Of a DNA stretch of 59,958 bases, positions 44,377-53,249 are shown one piece after another (positions within the stretch are counted from its first letter, which is position 1; every line of letters starts with the position of its first letter). Below the pieces are notes generated by a model, which worked only from the letters and a program-made list of their open reading frames with translations, had not been told where the DNA came from and ran no database searches. The position numbers and the translations under genes were made by a program. This DNA comes from a virus (lineage: Duplodnaviria > Caudoviricetes): positions 1 through 59,958 of IMG/VR virus record IMGVR_UViG_3300014827_000001. The stretch is one strand, 5' to 3'.

Positions 44377-44621
44377 GCTACTACCTCGATCAACTCTGCC
44401 GTGATGGCATGTTCAATCACCGTGGCCTGATGGGTTCGGAACTTATTCTGATTGGACTGCTTATTACTGTCGGCGGACTCCCAACCACAAATGCAGGCCA
44501 CCTTTACATCGTCCTTGGTGAAGATCGGACGTGGATGCTTGCCCAACTGCTTCTTGATGAGGGCACGCATGGTAAAGTCAGGCTTCTGACCATCAGGCGC
44601 GTGCCAGCTTGATGTGCTCAT
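44373..44621 (-). CDS. Hypothetical protein (CxCG..H motif)
   Basis: ATGA-coupled; CICGW..HQA. Confidence 0.65.
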   Translation of the reverse strand: MSTSSWHAPDGQKPDFTMRALIKKQLGKHPRPIFTKDDVKVACICGWESADSNKQSNQNKFRTHQATVIEHAITAELIEVVA

Positions 44622-44872
44622 GCGGACACCAGCATCCTGAGAGATGCGTCAAGTTCAGCCTTTTCGCCTGCCCGGATGGTGGTAATGACATCGCCTCGGA
44701 AGGTCAGCACCCAATACTTATCGTGCTCCAGTGTTATTTCCACGCCATCTGCGAGATACGCAGTCCCATCTGGGAACACCCAGAGCCCCGTGTGGCCCAT
44801 TTCATCAATCATGAGGCACCGGGTTCCGTCAGGCACTGACTTGGAGCGGTCTCGTGGGTCTACGTTCTTCAT
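44618..44872 (-). CDS. Hypothetical protein
   Basis: ATGA-coupled. Confidence 0.65.
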   Translation of the reverse strand: MKNVDPRDRSKSVPDGTRCLMIDEMGHTGLWVFPDGTAYLADGVEITLEHDKYWVLTFRGDVITTIRAGEKAELDASLRMLVSA

Positions 44873-45324
44873 GCTGAGACCTTGGCTTTCGTGTGCTTGG
44901 AGTGGAGCGGCCTTTCATTGCCGTACCAGAGGACCGGGTGCTCCAGCTGGATGTACTTGGGGAGGTACGGGCGGGCCAGTTCCTTGGCGATGGTGACGTG
45001 GGGGTTGAAGCCGAACGTGGAGGGGCTGGTGATCCCGTACATTTCCAGTTCCCGCTCGATCCACTCCTGCTCAACGCGCAGGACATCGGATTCAAGGGTC
45101 AGGACCGGGGTTCTGCCCTCCTTGCCGAACAGTGCGGTGCCGGTGACCCTGCAGGCCCCAGGATCAAGCCCTTCCCACCTCAGCACCTCCTCGATGTCCT
45201 TCCGGTTGAACATCGTGGTGTCCGTGTTGCCGAGGAACAGGGCCGTGGCGTGCAGCTCGGGATCGGTACTTCCGAGGAACCATGCTGGCCAGACGATGGC
45301 GATTCCTGTGCTGTTGCCGCCCAT
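44869..45324 (-). CDS. 2H phosphoesterase (2'-5' RNA ligase / Acb1-like)
   Basis: Two HxT motifs: ELHATALF and FNPHVTIA. Confidence 0.8.
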   Translation of the reverse strand: MGGNSTGIAIVWPAWFLGSTDPELHATALFLGNTDTTMFNRKDIEEVLRWEGLDPGACRVTGTALFGKEGRTPVLTLESDVLRVEQEWIERELEMYGITSPSTFGFNPHVTIAKELARPYLPKYIQLEHPVLWYGNERPLHSKHTKAKVSA

Positions 45325-45515
45325 CACATGACCTTCCATTGGCGGGAAACAACAAGTGCGTCTTCTCCCCGGAGGAGCCAAAGTCTGCGGTCCTGCTCGG
45401 CCTGTGCGAGGGTGTTGCGACTGGCGTTCCCATAGGAATCCACACGATCTGGGATTCCCCCTTTGAGCGTTGGCCGGAGCACTGCAAACTCCTCGGGTCC
45501 GTGTAGGTCGCTCAT
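45324..45515 (-). CDS. Hypothetical protein
   Basis: Coupled ORF. Confidence 0.6.
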   Translation of the reverse strand: MSDLHGPEEFAVLRPTLKGGIPDRVDSYGNASRNTLAQAEQDRRLWLLRGEDALVVSRQWKVM

Positions 45516-45808
45516 TCTGTTCCTGCCTGAGCCTTGACGGCTGCCAGCAGGGCGGGCCGCTCATCGAGGGTGTTGTGCGTCTCGGGGGTGAAGTGCCCGT
45601 TCCGCTCGTGCTCGGTGAAGTGATGGGCGCACCAGAGGAGTTGGAGGGTCGAGTACAGGGACTCGGTGCGAACGTAGGCTGCTGACCCGCACTGGTCACA
45701 GCGGTCTGAGTGGCTCAGCCCACGGACTGGCTGGACCGGGGGAGTCCACACGGGTACGAGTGGCTTATTCATGGCCTTGGCGTGGGCCTCTGCTGCTGGG
45801 GTGCTCAT
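45512..45808 (-). CDS. Zn-finger-like hypothetical protein
   Basis: DRCDQCG.AAYV..L.WCAHH. Confidence 0.7.
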   Translation of the reverse strand: MSTPAAEAHAKAMNKPLVPVWTPPVQPVRGLSHSDRCDQCGSAAYVRTESLYSTLQLLWCAHHFTEHERNGHFTPETHNTLDERPALLAAVKAQAGTE

Positions 45809-46038
45809 GCTGTGACCTCTTTCAGTTCGTTGACTTGGGCGTTGGACTCGGACAGGATCAGGGTGTCCTGCTGGTCATCAGCCCGCACCCGCCAGAAGTT
45901 GACGTGGCCGTGGGTGAAGGTGATGAAGTGGGCTTCGACGGTGACAGCGGCCCCACCCCAGCGGTTGTAGGTGTAGGTGCGCAGCGGCTTGGAACCGACT
46001 GGAACCTCGGGCTCGTTTTCCTTGCCAAAGAAGGTCAT
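45805..46038 (-). CDS. Hypothetical protein
   Basis: Coupled ORF. Confidence 0.65.
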   Translation of the reverse strand: MTFFGKENEPEVPVGSKPLRTYTYNRWGGAAVTVEAHFITFTHGHVNFWRVRADDQQDTLILSESNAQVNELKEVTA

Positions 46039-46241
46039 GAATCTCTCCCGAAAATCGTTGCGTCCAGTTCCTGTGCCTGATGCCAGATCAAGCCTTGGTA
46101 TCCGGGCGGGCGGGTGACTCCCGGAGTTTCGTTGCCGGTCCAGTACCCACAGCGGCAGGTGGTGCCCGAGGCTACCTGCATTCCGGTTGTCATCTGGTGT
46201 GACCTCAGCACCTCAGCCATCGTCTGCACTAGGTTGCTCAT
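46035..46241 (-). CDS. Hypothetical protein (CxCG..H motif)
   Basis: Coupled; CRCGY..HQA, resembles 44373-44621. Confidence 0.65.
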   Translation of the reverse strand: MSNLVQTMAEVLRSHQMTTGMQVASGTTCRCGYWTGNETPGVTRPPGYQGLIWHQAQELDATIFGRDS

Positions 46242-47023
46242 GCTGCCTCCATTTCGTTGTAGATGTCGGTGCAGCAGTCACACATGGCGGCTGTGGAACT
46301 GCAAGCGCGGGTGTCATGCTGGCTGCTGCAGCCGGGGCACATTTCGCTGAAGTACACGACTTCCTTGGAGAAGCCGAGCGATGTCTTGAACTCCCCAAGG
46401 TTTCGGAAGGGGAGCCAGTCGGCCCCGGCTCCCTCGCACACCATGACTTGTCCTTGCCTCTCCAGTGACCAGGTAGCGAGTGCCCCAAAATCTGAGAAGG
46501 TGTGCCGGTAGTAGCGGCCCTTGTCTACATACGGCGGGTCAATGTGCCATGTGGCCTCAATGTCGGGAGCGTCTGAGTAGGAGCCCTCTGTCATGGTCCA
46601 GCCCCTGATGCCATCAAGCTGGGAGGCGATACGCTCCTTGGCGCGGGGTGACCAGTTCAGTTGTGCCTTGTCCGTGCGTGCGGAGTAGGCCGTCCGTGAT
46701 TTCTTGGGTGTGGCGCTACCCCGGTTGAGCCAGAAGCCCATGAGCCACTTGGCCTCCTCGGGGATGTCGTAGTTGTCCACTGAATCCCCCACTTCGGGCA
46801 TATCCGGCAGGCCCAAGATTTCCTCGGGAGTGGTGGCGATGAGGTACTTCCAGAGCCCCGCGATGATGGGGTCTTTGTCGAACAAGCGTGCCGTCTTGAC
46901 GCCGTAGAAGGTGGAGTACCCTGCCCCGCCCGCAAACGGCTCGATCACGGTCCCATAGGTTGGTGCGGGGTAGTTGCGCGATATGTTCCACTTTGAGCCA
47001 TAGAACGGGAAAAATGGCCTCAT
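46238..47023 (-). CDS. DNA adenine methyltransferase (Dam/D12-like)
   Basis: FPFYGSK, EPFAGG (motif I), DPPY (motif IV). Confidence 0.85.
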   Translation of the reverse strand: MRPFFPFYGSKWNISRNYPAPTYGTVIEPFAGGAGYSTFYGVKTARLFDKDPIIAGLWKYLIATTPEEILGLPDMPEVGDSVDNYDIPEEAKWLMGFWLNRGSATPKKSRTAYSARTDKAQLNWSPRAKERIASQLDGIRGWTMTEGSYSDAPDIEATWHIDPPYVDKGRYYRHTFSDFGALATWSLERQGQVMVCEGAGADWLPFRNLGEFKTSLGFSKEVVYFSEMCPGCSSQHDTRACSSTAAMCDCCTDIYNEMEAA

Positions 47024-47535
47024 GCTGCTACCAGCTCTCTATTCGACACACCGACAGGGGTGCTCTCGTGGGTGGCTGCCTTCCGGGCTGCCGGGATGTC
47101 GTTTAGAGCCCACATGTTGTACCCGGTCCAGAAGTCGATGACCTTGCCATGGGAGGTGATGACTACGATGGGGTAATCAACGGGCTCTGATTCCTTTGAG
47201 GTAATCAGGGCCTTGGCGTAGTCGAACGCGCGGCGGTCACTGGTGGCCGTGTAGTTGAAGTACGGGATGTGCAGGGCATCCAGGGTGGCCATCGTGGGGC
47301 ATTCCTTGGCCTGCTTGGGGTAGTGCAGGGAGACCTCGTAGGCGGGATCAATGGGCAGAAAGCCCCCGTGACCCAGCTGGCGGGGGAGTGGCTGGTAGCG
47401 GTTCACCAGCAGACAGTCAGAGCACTCAGCGAACTCTCGCCGTCCGCTCATCTGAATACCACACCGGGTGCAGTCCTTGAACTCAGGCTCGGCATCGTCC
47501 CAGATACGGGCCAGAGTCAGGTTCCCGATCTTCAC
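47020..47535 (-). CDS. Zn-ribbon plus degenerate NrdH/glutaredoxin-like protein
   Basis: CTRC..CSDC; PIVVI..WTGY; redox CxxC incomplete. Confidence 0.55.
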   Translation of the reverse strand: MKIGNLTLARIWDDAEPEFKDCTRCGIQMSGRREFAECSDCLLVNRYQPLPRQLGHGGFLPIDPAYEVSLHYPKQAKECPTMATLDALHIPYFNYTATSDRRAFDYAKALITSKESEPVDYPIVVITSHGKVIDFWTGYNMWALNDIPAARKAATHESTPVGVSNRELVAA

Positions 47536-47903
47536 GCGCCCACCACCTTGGCGAGCTTCCACGGGTGGGCTGCAACTTCCGAGGCCTTGAAGAACCTGCC
47601 CGTTCCGAGAGATACCCACCAGCCATCTGCCCGGAGAGCCAGAGTATCCTGAGTGCCCTCAATGATCCGGGCGAAAACCAAGCTCCCTGCCTCGGTGGGC
47701 AGCTTGGGCTTGGGGCGGTCGATCAGATACATGCACTGGTCGCGGCCCGTGACAGTCACCAGTTGACCCCCTGTCGTGCGCCAGTCGCCGTGCCTGAATG
47801 TGTGCACTGTGGCCGTCCGGGTCAGCTGCAGGTCGTCATACTCCCATTCAACACGGATGGTGTCTCCGGCTTGGATGTCTGTGAGTTTGATGGGGTCGCT
47901 CAT
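47532..47903 (-). CDS. Hypothetical protein
   Basis: AGGAG RBS; coupled. Confidence 0.7.
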   Translation of the reverse strand: MSDPIKLTDIQAGDTIRVEWEYDDLQLTRTATVHTFRHGDWRTTGGQLVTVTGRDQCMYLIDRPKPKLPTEAGSLVFARIIEGTQDTLALRADGWWVSLGTGRFFKASEVAAHPWKLAKVVGA

Positions 47904-48058
47904 GGGGTTGCTCCTATGTCTGTGGATTGTGGGTGGCCGATGCGGGTCAGGGATTCAGCCAAGGTCTCGGAGGTCTCGTTGGGGAAGACGGTGCTTGCCA
48001 GGAAGATATCAGGGTCCGACTCGGCCAGCACGGCGTCGAACGTGGGGGTGAGGCTCAT
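47900..48058 (-). CDS. Hypothetical protein (52 aa)
   Basis: ATGA overlaps on both sides. Confidence 0.55.
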   Translation of the reverse strand: MSLTPTFDAVLAESDPDIFLASTVFPNETSETLAESLTRIGHPQSTDIGATP

Positions 48059-48225
48059 TTGCCGATCCGTCCCGTCGCTTCAAAGTGCCTGCGGAGGTCG
48101 TAGTCCCAAGGGCTGCCGAAGCCGCAGGCGCAGATGCAGGCACCAGCGGGAAAGGCCATGGCGGCGATGTAGTGGCGCTTCGGCTTGGGGGCGAACAGCC
48201 TGCGCAGGAGTGCGAAGTAGCTCAC
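48055..48225 (-). CDS. Hypothetical protein (56 aa)
   Basis: GTGA/ATGA overlaps; CICACG. Confidence 0.55.
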   Translation of the reverse strand: MSYFALLRRLFAPKPKRHYIAAMAFPAGACICACGFGSPWDYDLRRHFEATGRIGK

Positions 48226-48422
48226 TTGGCTGCCTCCGCAATCAGGGCGATGATCTTGGTGGCGTCGGCCTTGAAGAAGATGACCTCTGCGTCAATACCT
48301 TGGACTTGCAGAGTCAGAATGTCGTCATCGCCATACAGGCCATTGATGACCTCGTAGGTGTCGCCCTGTGAGTCGGTGAAGCTGTTGATCGGGCCGAGGG
48401 CTGCTTCCAGTTTGTTGCTCAC
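48222..48422 (-). CDS. Hypothetical protein
   Basis: GTG start with GGGAG RBS. Confidence 0.65.
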   Translation of the reverse strand: MSNKLEAALGPINSFTDSQGDTYEVINGLYGDDDILTLQVQGIDAEVIFFKADATKIIALIAEAAK

Positions 48423-48829
48423 TTGGTGCTCCCCTCGAACAGGAACTTCTCGTGGAGTCCCAAGGTGGAACTCCACGAGAACGGGCTCGGGGGTGCTTCC
48501 CTCCGGGGGATACTGGACCATGCCAGTGCCGCGTCCAGAGCCACCTTGCGGTAGGCGAGGGTGGTGGGGCAATCCGGGGCGGTGGTGGGGTCTGACTGGT
48601 CACGGGGGTCTGACTGGTCACAGGCGTCCTCATCAAGCTCTGGCGCGCCCTCGTAGTAGCCGGTGCCAGCGGCCTGCCGGATGATCTTCACGATCTTCTC
48701 GGCGTCCGCAGCCCAGAAGCGTAGCCTTACATGCTCGCCCTCCGGCTCCCGTGTCAGTTCGAGCACGTCGTCGTAGAGGGTGGCGCTATAGAGTTCATCG
48801 GACCTGTCCTGGAATGTGTACTTGCTCAT
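48419..48829 (-). CDS. Hypothetical protein
   Basis: AAGGAG RBS; internal DQSD repeat. Confidence 0.7.
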   Translation of the reverse strand: MSKYTFQDRSDELYSATLYDDVLELTREPEGEHVRLRFWAADAEKIVKIIRQAAGTGYYEGAPELDEDACDQSDPRDQSDPTTAPDCPTTLAYRKVALDAALAWSSIPRREAPPSPFSWSSTLGLHEKFLFEGSTK

Positions 48830-49039
48830 GCTCTGCTCCTTGGTAGGTGTGTATGCCTGTATGTACAGCCTACCTCAATACCAAGTTACAAGGTAGGGGT
48901 TAGCGCAACTGTTTCCGGGCAGCGCAAAGCCCTGCGGCCATCGGCACACAGGGGTGATTGCTTCGGAGTGGAGTGTTAGGACGCAGAAAGGCCCCTCGGC
49001 AGCGGCACCGTTCCATTCACGGTACTTGCGAGGGGCCTT

Positions 49040-49066
49040 CAGGTCGAACAGGTCGAACAGGTCAAA
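49040..49066. repeat. 9-bp tandem repeat x3
   Basis: CAGGTCGAA CAGGTCGAA CAGGTCAAA. Confidence 0.7.
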
Positions 49067-49095
49067 GAGTATGCGTGGCGACTGCTGATACCAGT

Positions 49096-49383
49096 CTACA
49101 CGCGGGGAGGCCAACTCCACTGGCGGTCGCCGTCTCCCTCGGAGACCGAGGTGGCCCAGTAGGTGTCCGGCCCATCGAGGAAAACCTGTAGCTGTACCGA
49201 TGTGGGCCAAGTGCGCACCACGATGGCGGGGTACTGCTCGCCTATGCCTGGAACGTTGCCGGGGATGTTGTTCTGCTGGCGGCGGGAGATGATGGCTCGC
49301 CGGTCCCCCTCAGCAATCCTGTAGAGCACGATGCGCCCAATGGTGGCGGTCTGCGCCTCTGTGATGCGTGCGGTCTGACTCAT
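49096..49383 (-). CDS. Hypothetical protein
   Basis: TIGRIV.Y..PAIVVR..LQVFLDG..W.WP; AAGGAG RBS. Confidence 0.75.
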   Translation of the reverse strand: MSQTARITEAQTATIGRIVLYRIAEGDRRAIISRRQQNNIPGNVPGIGEQYPAIVVRTWPTSVQLQVFLDGPDTYWATSVSEGDGDRQWSWPPRV

Positions 49384-49399
49384 GGGAACTCCTTGGTAG

Positions 49400-50230
49400 G
49401 TATGTGGATACGCCCAGCCTAATACACATCGACAGAGGTGGGAAGGCCACTACGGGAAAATGTGAGTGCTGCTTTTTGGGAATCGGCTAAACCACACTAA
49501 AGTTCCCAAACTGATTCGGCCACTGCCGAAAAACCTCACCGCATCGGAGTATTTGCCAAGAGCGTGGCATAGCGCCTCCGCCGTCTCCTGTGAAAGTGAT
49601 TTGGTCCGGCCCTGGAATCAGACTGAAGTCACAAAGTCAAGACTCAATCCCTTGCATATCCATGCGTCCACCCACATGGAATTACATAGTCCTATGGATG
49701 CATATGCATGAACATACGACACGCCGGAGCTACCACGCACTCGGGCGTGTCGCTGAATGTAATACGTACGGCATGGGGAGACTTGTTTCAAAACACCCTG
49801 GTTTCACAACTCACTATCTCTTTTTTGAGAGGAATTATGGAGTGACTTGAAATGCACCTGTCAACGAGTGTTTTTATATATATATTTTAGAGAATGACTG
49901 TCGTAAACGGCCCTTATAGTTACGTATCTCCGCCGTTCGTACATATAACCCCTAGCAACACGCCCGACTACGTGGCAAGGCCATATGATGCCCTGTAGTG
50001 CCCTGTATCGCTACCCTTCAGCCTGCCTGTAGGCCTGTCTCAGCACCTCCACATAGACCCATGGCAGGCAGGCCAGACAGTGCTATCCATGCCGTGCAAT
50101 GGCCTATGGTGCTGCCTGCCTGTAGTGACCTCCAGTGTGGCGCTGTACGCTCTCCCATGCCGTGGCCTGCCTGTCATGCCCTGCCATGCTGGCAAGCGCT
50201 CACAGTGGCAGGCAGGGCACTGCCAGGGGA
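49400..50230. other. Long non-coding region (AT-rich core, short repeats)
   Basis: No credible ORF; TTTTTATATATATATTTT at ~49871; ACACGCC(C/G)GA x3; TGCC/CTGT-rich tract. Confidence 0.6.
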
Positions 50231-50270
50231 CACAAAAGCACCGGCCCACTATGGGACCGGTGCTATGTGG
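50231..50270 (-). terminator. Intrinsic terminator
   Basis: AGCACCGG..CCGGTGCT-TTT on minus strand. Confidence 0.7.
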
Positions 50271-50287
50271 TGCTGTATGTAGTTAGG

Positions 50288-50515
50288 CTATCCGTTGACC
50301 TCCTCTTGCATGAACTTGGCAACACGTCGCCGCCGCGTGCTTGGGGCACACTCCAGGTTGAATTGAGAGGTGCCCTTGATCTGCCTACCGTGCTGCCATA
50401 AGCCATGGCCACGCTCATTAGTCCAGTAGTGCGTAGTCTCCGGCCCGTCAGGACCGTCAACAGTTTCGGACCATTGCCAGCCGCCGCCCACGCGTGTCTG
50501 AATCTTGCTAATCAT
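50288..50515 (-). CDS. Hypothetical protein
   Basis: GGAGG RBS; coupled. Confidence 0.65.
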   Translation of the reverse strand: MISKIQTRVGGGWQWSETVDGPDGPETTHYWTNERGHGLWQHGRQIKGTSQFNLECAPSTRRRRVAKFMQEEVNG

Positions 50516-50718
50516 GAGTTGACCTCCTTACCGTCAAGCGTGGCGTCAAGGGTGAGTAGAAACGGCCCGTTATAGCCGTCGCTACGGCCTGTAGGGGATG
50601 CCTCATATGCGTCGATAGCTTCAGACATGAGGAGGGTAACTAGGTCCGGCAAAACAGACGGGCCGTCCGCGTTAGTTTCGTCAAAATCAACTGTCAGTGT
50701 GATTACGTGCTTACTCAT
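50512..50718 (-). CDS. Hypothetical protein
   Basis: Coupled. Confidence 0.6.
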   Translation of the reverse strand: MSKHVITLTVDFDETNADGPSVLPDLVTLLMSEAIDAYEASPTGRSDGYNGPFLLTLDATLDGKEVNS

Positions 50719-50891
50719 GATTCCTCATCTTCCACGATGAAACGGAGTATGCCTAGCATGTCGCTAACTGCCCAATCGGCCGTAACCCTGGGATCATTGG
50801 CATGAATCTCCCAATAGCTAAGCAAGCGCTCCGCTTCCTCTTTGAGCGTGACTACTGAAGCTAGGGTGTCCTGAGTCGTGCGAGTGTTCAT
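50715..50891 (-). CDS. Hypothetical protein (58 aa)
   Basis: GGAGG RBS; ATGA overlaps on both sides. Confidence 0.55.
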   Translation of the reverse strand: MNTRTTQDTLASVVTLKEEAERLLSYWEIHANDPRVTADWAVSDMLGILRFIVEDEES

Positions 50892-51277
50892 GATTCCTCC
50901 AGTGTTTTACGCGCGTCAACTGCCTGTAGAGCTGCCAGCGCTGCAGCGGCCTCATTACGGTCCCTAGCGTCGATATCGGCATCTATGCGACTGCCGAACT
51001 CTGACACTGTGCCGTCTCCCCTAGCGGCGTGGTGAGCATTCAGAGCGTCACTGATGGCTTGGTCTACAGCCATCCAATTGGCATCATTGCGCGGCGTGGG
51101 GCAGCTTACCCGCACTTTGTCGCCGTTGTAAGTGGTGAGCATGTAGCCATCACCTTTGGGGAGCGTGTAGCCGTCCGCTTCAAAAACTGAGAAAAATGGG
51201 GGAGACCATACCCGTATAAATTCCCGCTTGTGGGTAACTGTGTAATCGTAATCAACTGTGATGCCGTAGACAGTCAT
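50888..51277 (-). CDS. Hypothetical protein
   Basis: 129 aa; AGGA RBS. Confidence 0.65.
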   Translation of the reverse strand: MTVYGITVDYDYTVTHKREFIRVWSPPFFSVFEADGYTLPKGDGYMLTTYNGDKVRVSCPTPRNDANWMAVDQAISDALNAHHAARGDGTVSEFGSRIDADIDARDRNEAAAALAALQAVDARKTLEES

Positions 51278-51279
51278 GA

Positions 51280-51393
51280 CTACTTCCTATCGTTGTTTGT
51301 GTGCCGACGTTTCAGCGATGCAATGAGGTTTGGAATTGCCACGCCTAGCACGATGAGGGCAATGGCCAGGATGTAGAACTGTGGAGGGTACAT
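51280..51393 (-). CDS. Small membrane peptide (37 aa)
   Basis: MYPPQFYILAIALIVLGVAIPNLIASLKRRH.. Confidence 0.5.
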   Translation of the reverse strand: MYPPQFYILAIALIVLGVAIPNLIASLKRRHTNNDRK

Positions 51394-51396
51394 GGC

Positions 51397-51597
51397 CTAT
51401 GCCTGCCCTTCATGGGCGCGCGTGTCTCCCCAACGGTCCACTTGCTTAGTGATGTAGGCCAGTGCTTCATCCTGCCCTTGAAAGCGCATCCAGCCGCCAT
51501 GCTGCTGTACCGCGTAGTACCGGCCATCGTCGCGGCGTTCAACATGCCAGATGTATTGCTCGCGCGGTGGTGCTGAGTCGAGGTCATCTTCAGTCAT
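51397..51597 (-). CDS. Hypothetical protein
   Basis: AGGA RBS. Confidence 0.6.
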   Translation of the reverse strand: MTEDDLDSAPPREQYIWHVERRDDGRYYAVQQHGGWMRFQGQDEALAYITKQVDRWGDTRAHEGQA

Positions 51598-51601
51598 GGT
51601 C

Positions 51602-51841
51602 CTAGCCCTTCAGTTCCCACGACACTACGCGGCCCGCTGGCGTGATGGTGAGCGTTGCTGGCACGTCTAGAGTGGCATTTACAGCAAAGTCATTTTCAAG
51701 GGCATACGCGGCCCCTGAGTTCGTTACCGTCTTGTAGGGTCCGTGGTCCGTGTTGAAAACGTAGGAAGGGTTACCTACGTTGCTTACGGGGCCGCGCTTG
51801 ACGATGTAGACGATTACTGAAATCTCGTTGGTAGGTTTCAC
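51602..51841 (-). CDS. Hypothetical protein
   Basis: AAGGA RBS; S..GNP.Y motif. Confidence 0.65.
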   Translation of the reverse strand: MKPTNEISVIVYIVKRGPVSNVGNPSYVFNTDHGPYKTVTNSGAAYALENDFAVNATLDVPATLTITPAGRVVSWELKG

Positions 51842-51934
51842 GGTGTGCCAGTCCTTAGTGTTTGTGATGGTTGCTATGTGTCTAGGGTTCCATACCGGCC
51901 CACCGCGTGTCAGGCAATGAGCCGGTAAAGCTAT

Positions 51935-52093
51935 CTAGGCTGGCTGTACTAGCAGTTCGGCGGGGTCAATGTCAGGGTAGCGCTTACGTGCCTCTTTCCA
52001 GGCACTAGCTGCATCGTCATGAAACCCTACCCACCCGATCATTACGCGCCCGCCGAACTTGTTGTACTGGTTCATGTAGCGTGCTACCCACAT
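51935..52093 (-). CDS. Hypothetical protein (52 aa)
   Basis: AAGGGAG RBS; directly downstream of promoter. Confidence 0.55.
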   Translation of the reverse strand: MWVARYMNQYNKFGGRVMIGWVGFHDDAASAWKEARKRYPDIDPAELLVQPA

Positions 52094-52124
52094 TTTGAGC
52101 TCCCTTGCTAGTTGTTATGGGTAC

Positions 52125-52152
52125 AGTCTACACACTCGTGCACGAGTGTCTA
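52125..52152 (-). promoter_or_regulatory. Promoter containing perfect 18-bp palindrome
   Basis: TAGACA-N16-TAGACT; ACACTCGTGCACGAGTGT at 52132-52149. Confidence 0.7.
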
Positions 52153-52266
52153 CCCCGTAGGCAGAACTAGTTTGCCAGGTTGGCAGCTAGGCCATGAACG
52201 GGATACAAAACATGACCAGAGCGAACGTGACTATGGCGATATGGCGGAAGTTAGGCAGCATAGCGT

Positions 52267-52539
52267 CTAGACCCACCTAACGCGCTTGACGATATGAACG
52301 AAATAGTATCGGGTACGCAACTCAGCTAACAATGGCGCGTACTCTGTCCAAGTTGCGGGGCGCGTGTATTGGCTGTAATAGCCGCGCGTAACATGGGAGT
52401 GTTGCCCTTTGTGGGCATAGGCGAGTAGTTCGCCGGTTGCACCGTCAATATCTCCACTGAAGACGGCTACTATTTCCCCGTCCCGCTTATCAGCGCGGAA
52501 TGCCACGCTGATAACGTGTGAGCTTGGATATTCTGCCAT
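52267..52539 (-). CDS. Hypothetical protein
   Basis: AAGGGGA RBS; YAH.GQH..RPA..EYAPL..EL. Confidence 0.7.
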   Translation of the reverse strand: MAEYPSSHVISVAFRADKRDGEIVAVFSGDIDGATGELLAYAHKGQHSHVTRGYYSQYTRPATWTEYAPLLAELRTRYYFVHIVKRVRWV

Positions 52540-52543
52540 TGTT

Positions 52544-52939
52544 CTATTCCCCTTCAGTTTCAAGCGGCTTATAGGCAATTGCCCACCCTGCAGGCTCGCA
52601 TTCGCAACCGGAGTCTTCAGTGCAATCAGTCGTGCCGTCATAATCGCATGACGCATATACTACTAGCGACACGTAGTAACCGGGAGTTCCCCTAATGTGA
52701 CGTTCAAGGCCGCCGCCGATAAACTCGCTAGGATGCATCACCGGCCCGTTATAGCTGTATTGGCCGGTGAATCCCTTCAGCAATTCCCAGCCGGTAGGAA
52801 GGTAAAAGTCATCTTCCCCATTAGTCATGACGTTCAATTCCGCATCACAGTAGATATCGAGCCTGTCTGTTATGGTGCCATCTTCAGCAACCATAACAAC
52901 ATGATCAAATTGCATGATGTCATTCAAGTCTTTTGCCAT
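52544..52939 (-). CDS. Hypothetical protein
   Basis: AAAGGGA RBS; GFTGQY.YNGP.MHPSE.IGG. Confidence 0.7.
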   Translation of the reverse strand: MAKDLNDIMQFDHVVMVAEDGTITDRLDIYCDAELNVMTNGEDDFYLPTGWELLKGFTGQYSYNGPVMHPSEFIGGGLERHIRGTPGYYVSLVVYASCDYDGTTDCTEDSGCECEPAGWAIAYKPLETEGE

Positions 52940-52955
52940 TGCTCTATTCCCTTTC

Positions 52956-53249
52956 CTAAAAGTTTTCCGTGCGGACGCCGCCACGCGGGCCGAAAAATAC
53001 GCGGGTCCCGTATTCTGGGAATTCCGTGCCGTCGCCATGACTCCACACGAGAAATTCAGAGTCACGTTGTACTGAGGGCGTCTTGGTTGTTTCCGTGGCT
53101 CCGTCAAGGTGGGTAATGTCTGCCCAGCCGTTATAGCGTGACTGTAGTTCATCCTTTACAGCCTGGAGGGATGAAAACAACTCAGTGTGCTCCGGAGCGC
53201 TTGACTGTGAATAGCTGCCGTATCCGCCATTCCATAATGCAAAATACAT
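52956..53249 (-). CDS. Hypothetical protein
   Basis: AAGGGA RBS; C-terminal GPRGGVR. Confidence 0.7.
   Translation of the reverse strand: MYFALWNGGYGSYSQSSAPEHTELFSSLQAVKDELQSRYNGWADITHLDGATETTKTPSVQRDSEFLVWSHGDGTEFPEYGTRVFFGPRGGVRTENF

Noticed and set aside
45325-45699. N-terminal extension of the 276-aa ORF call
   Set aside because: Overlaps two better-supported coupled genes
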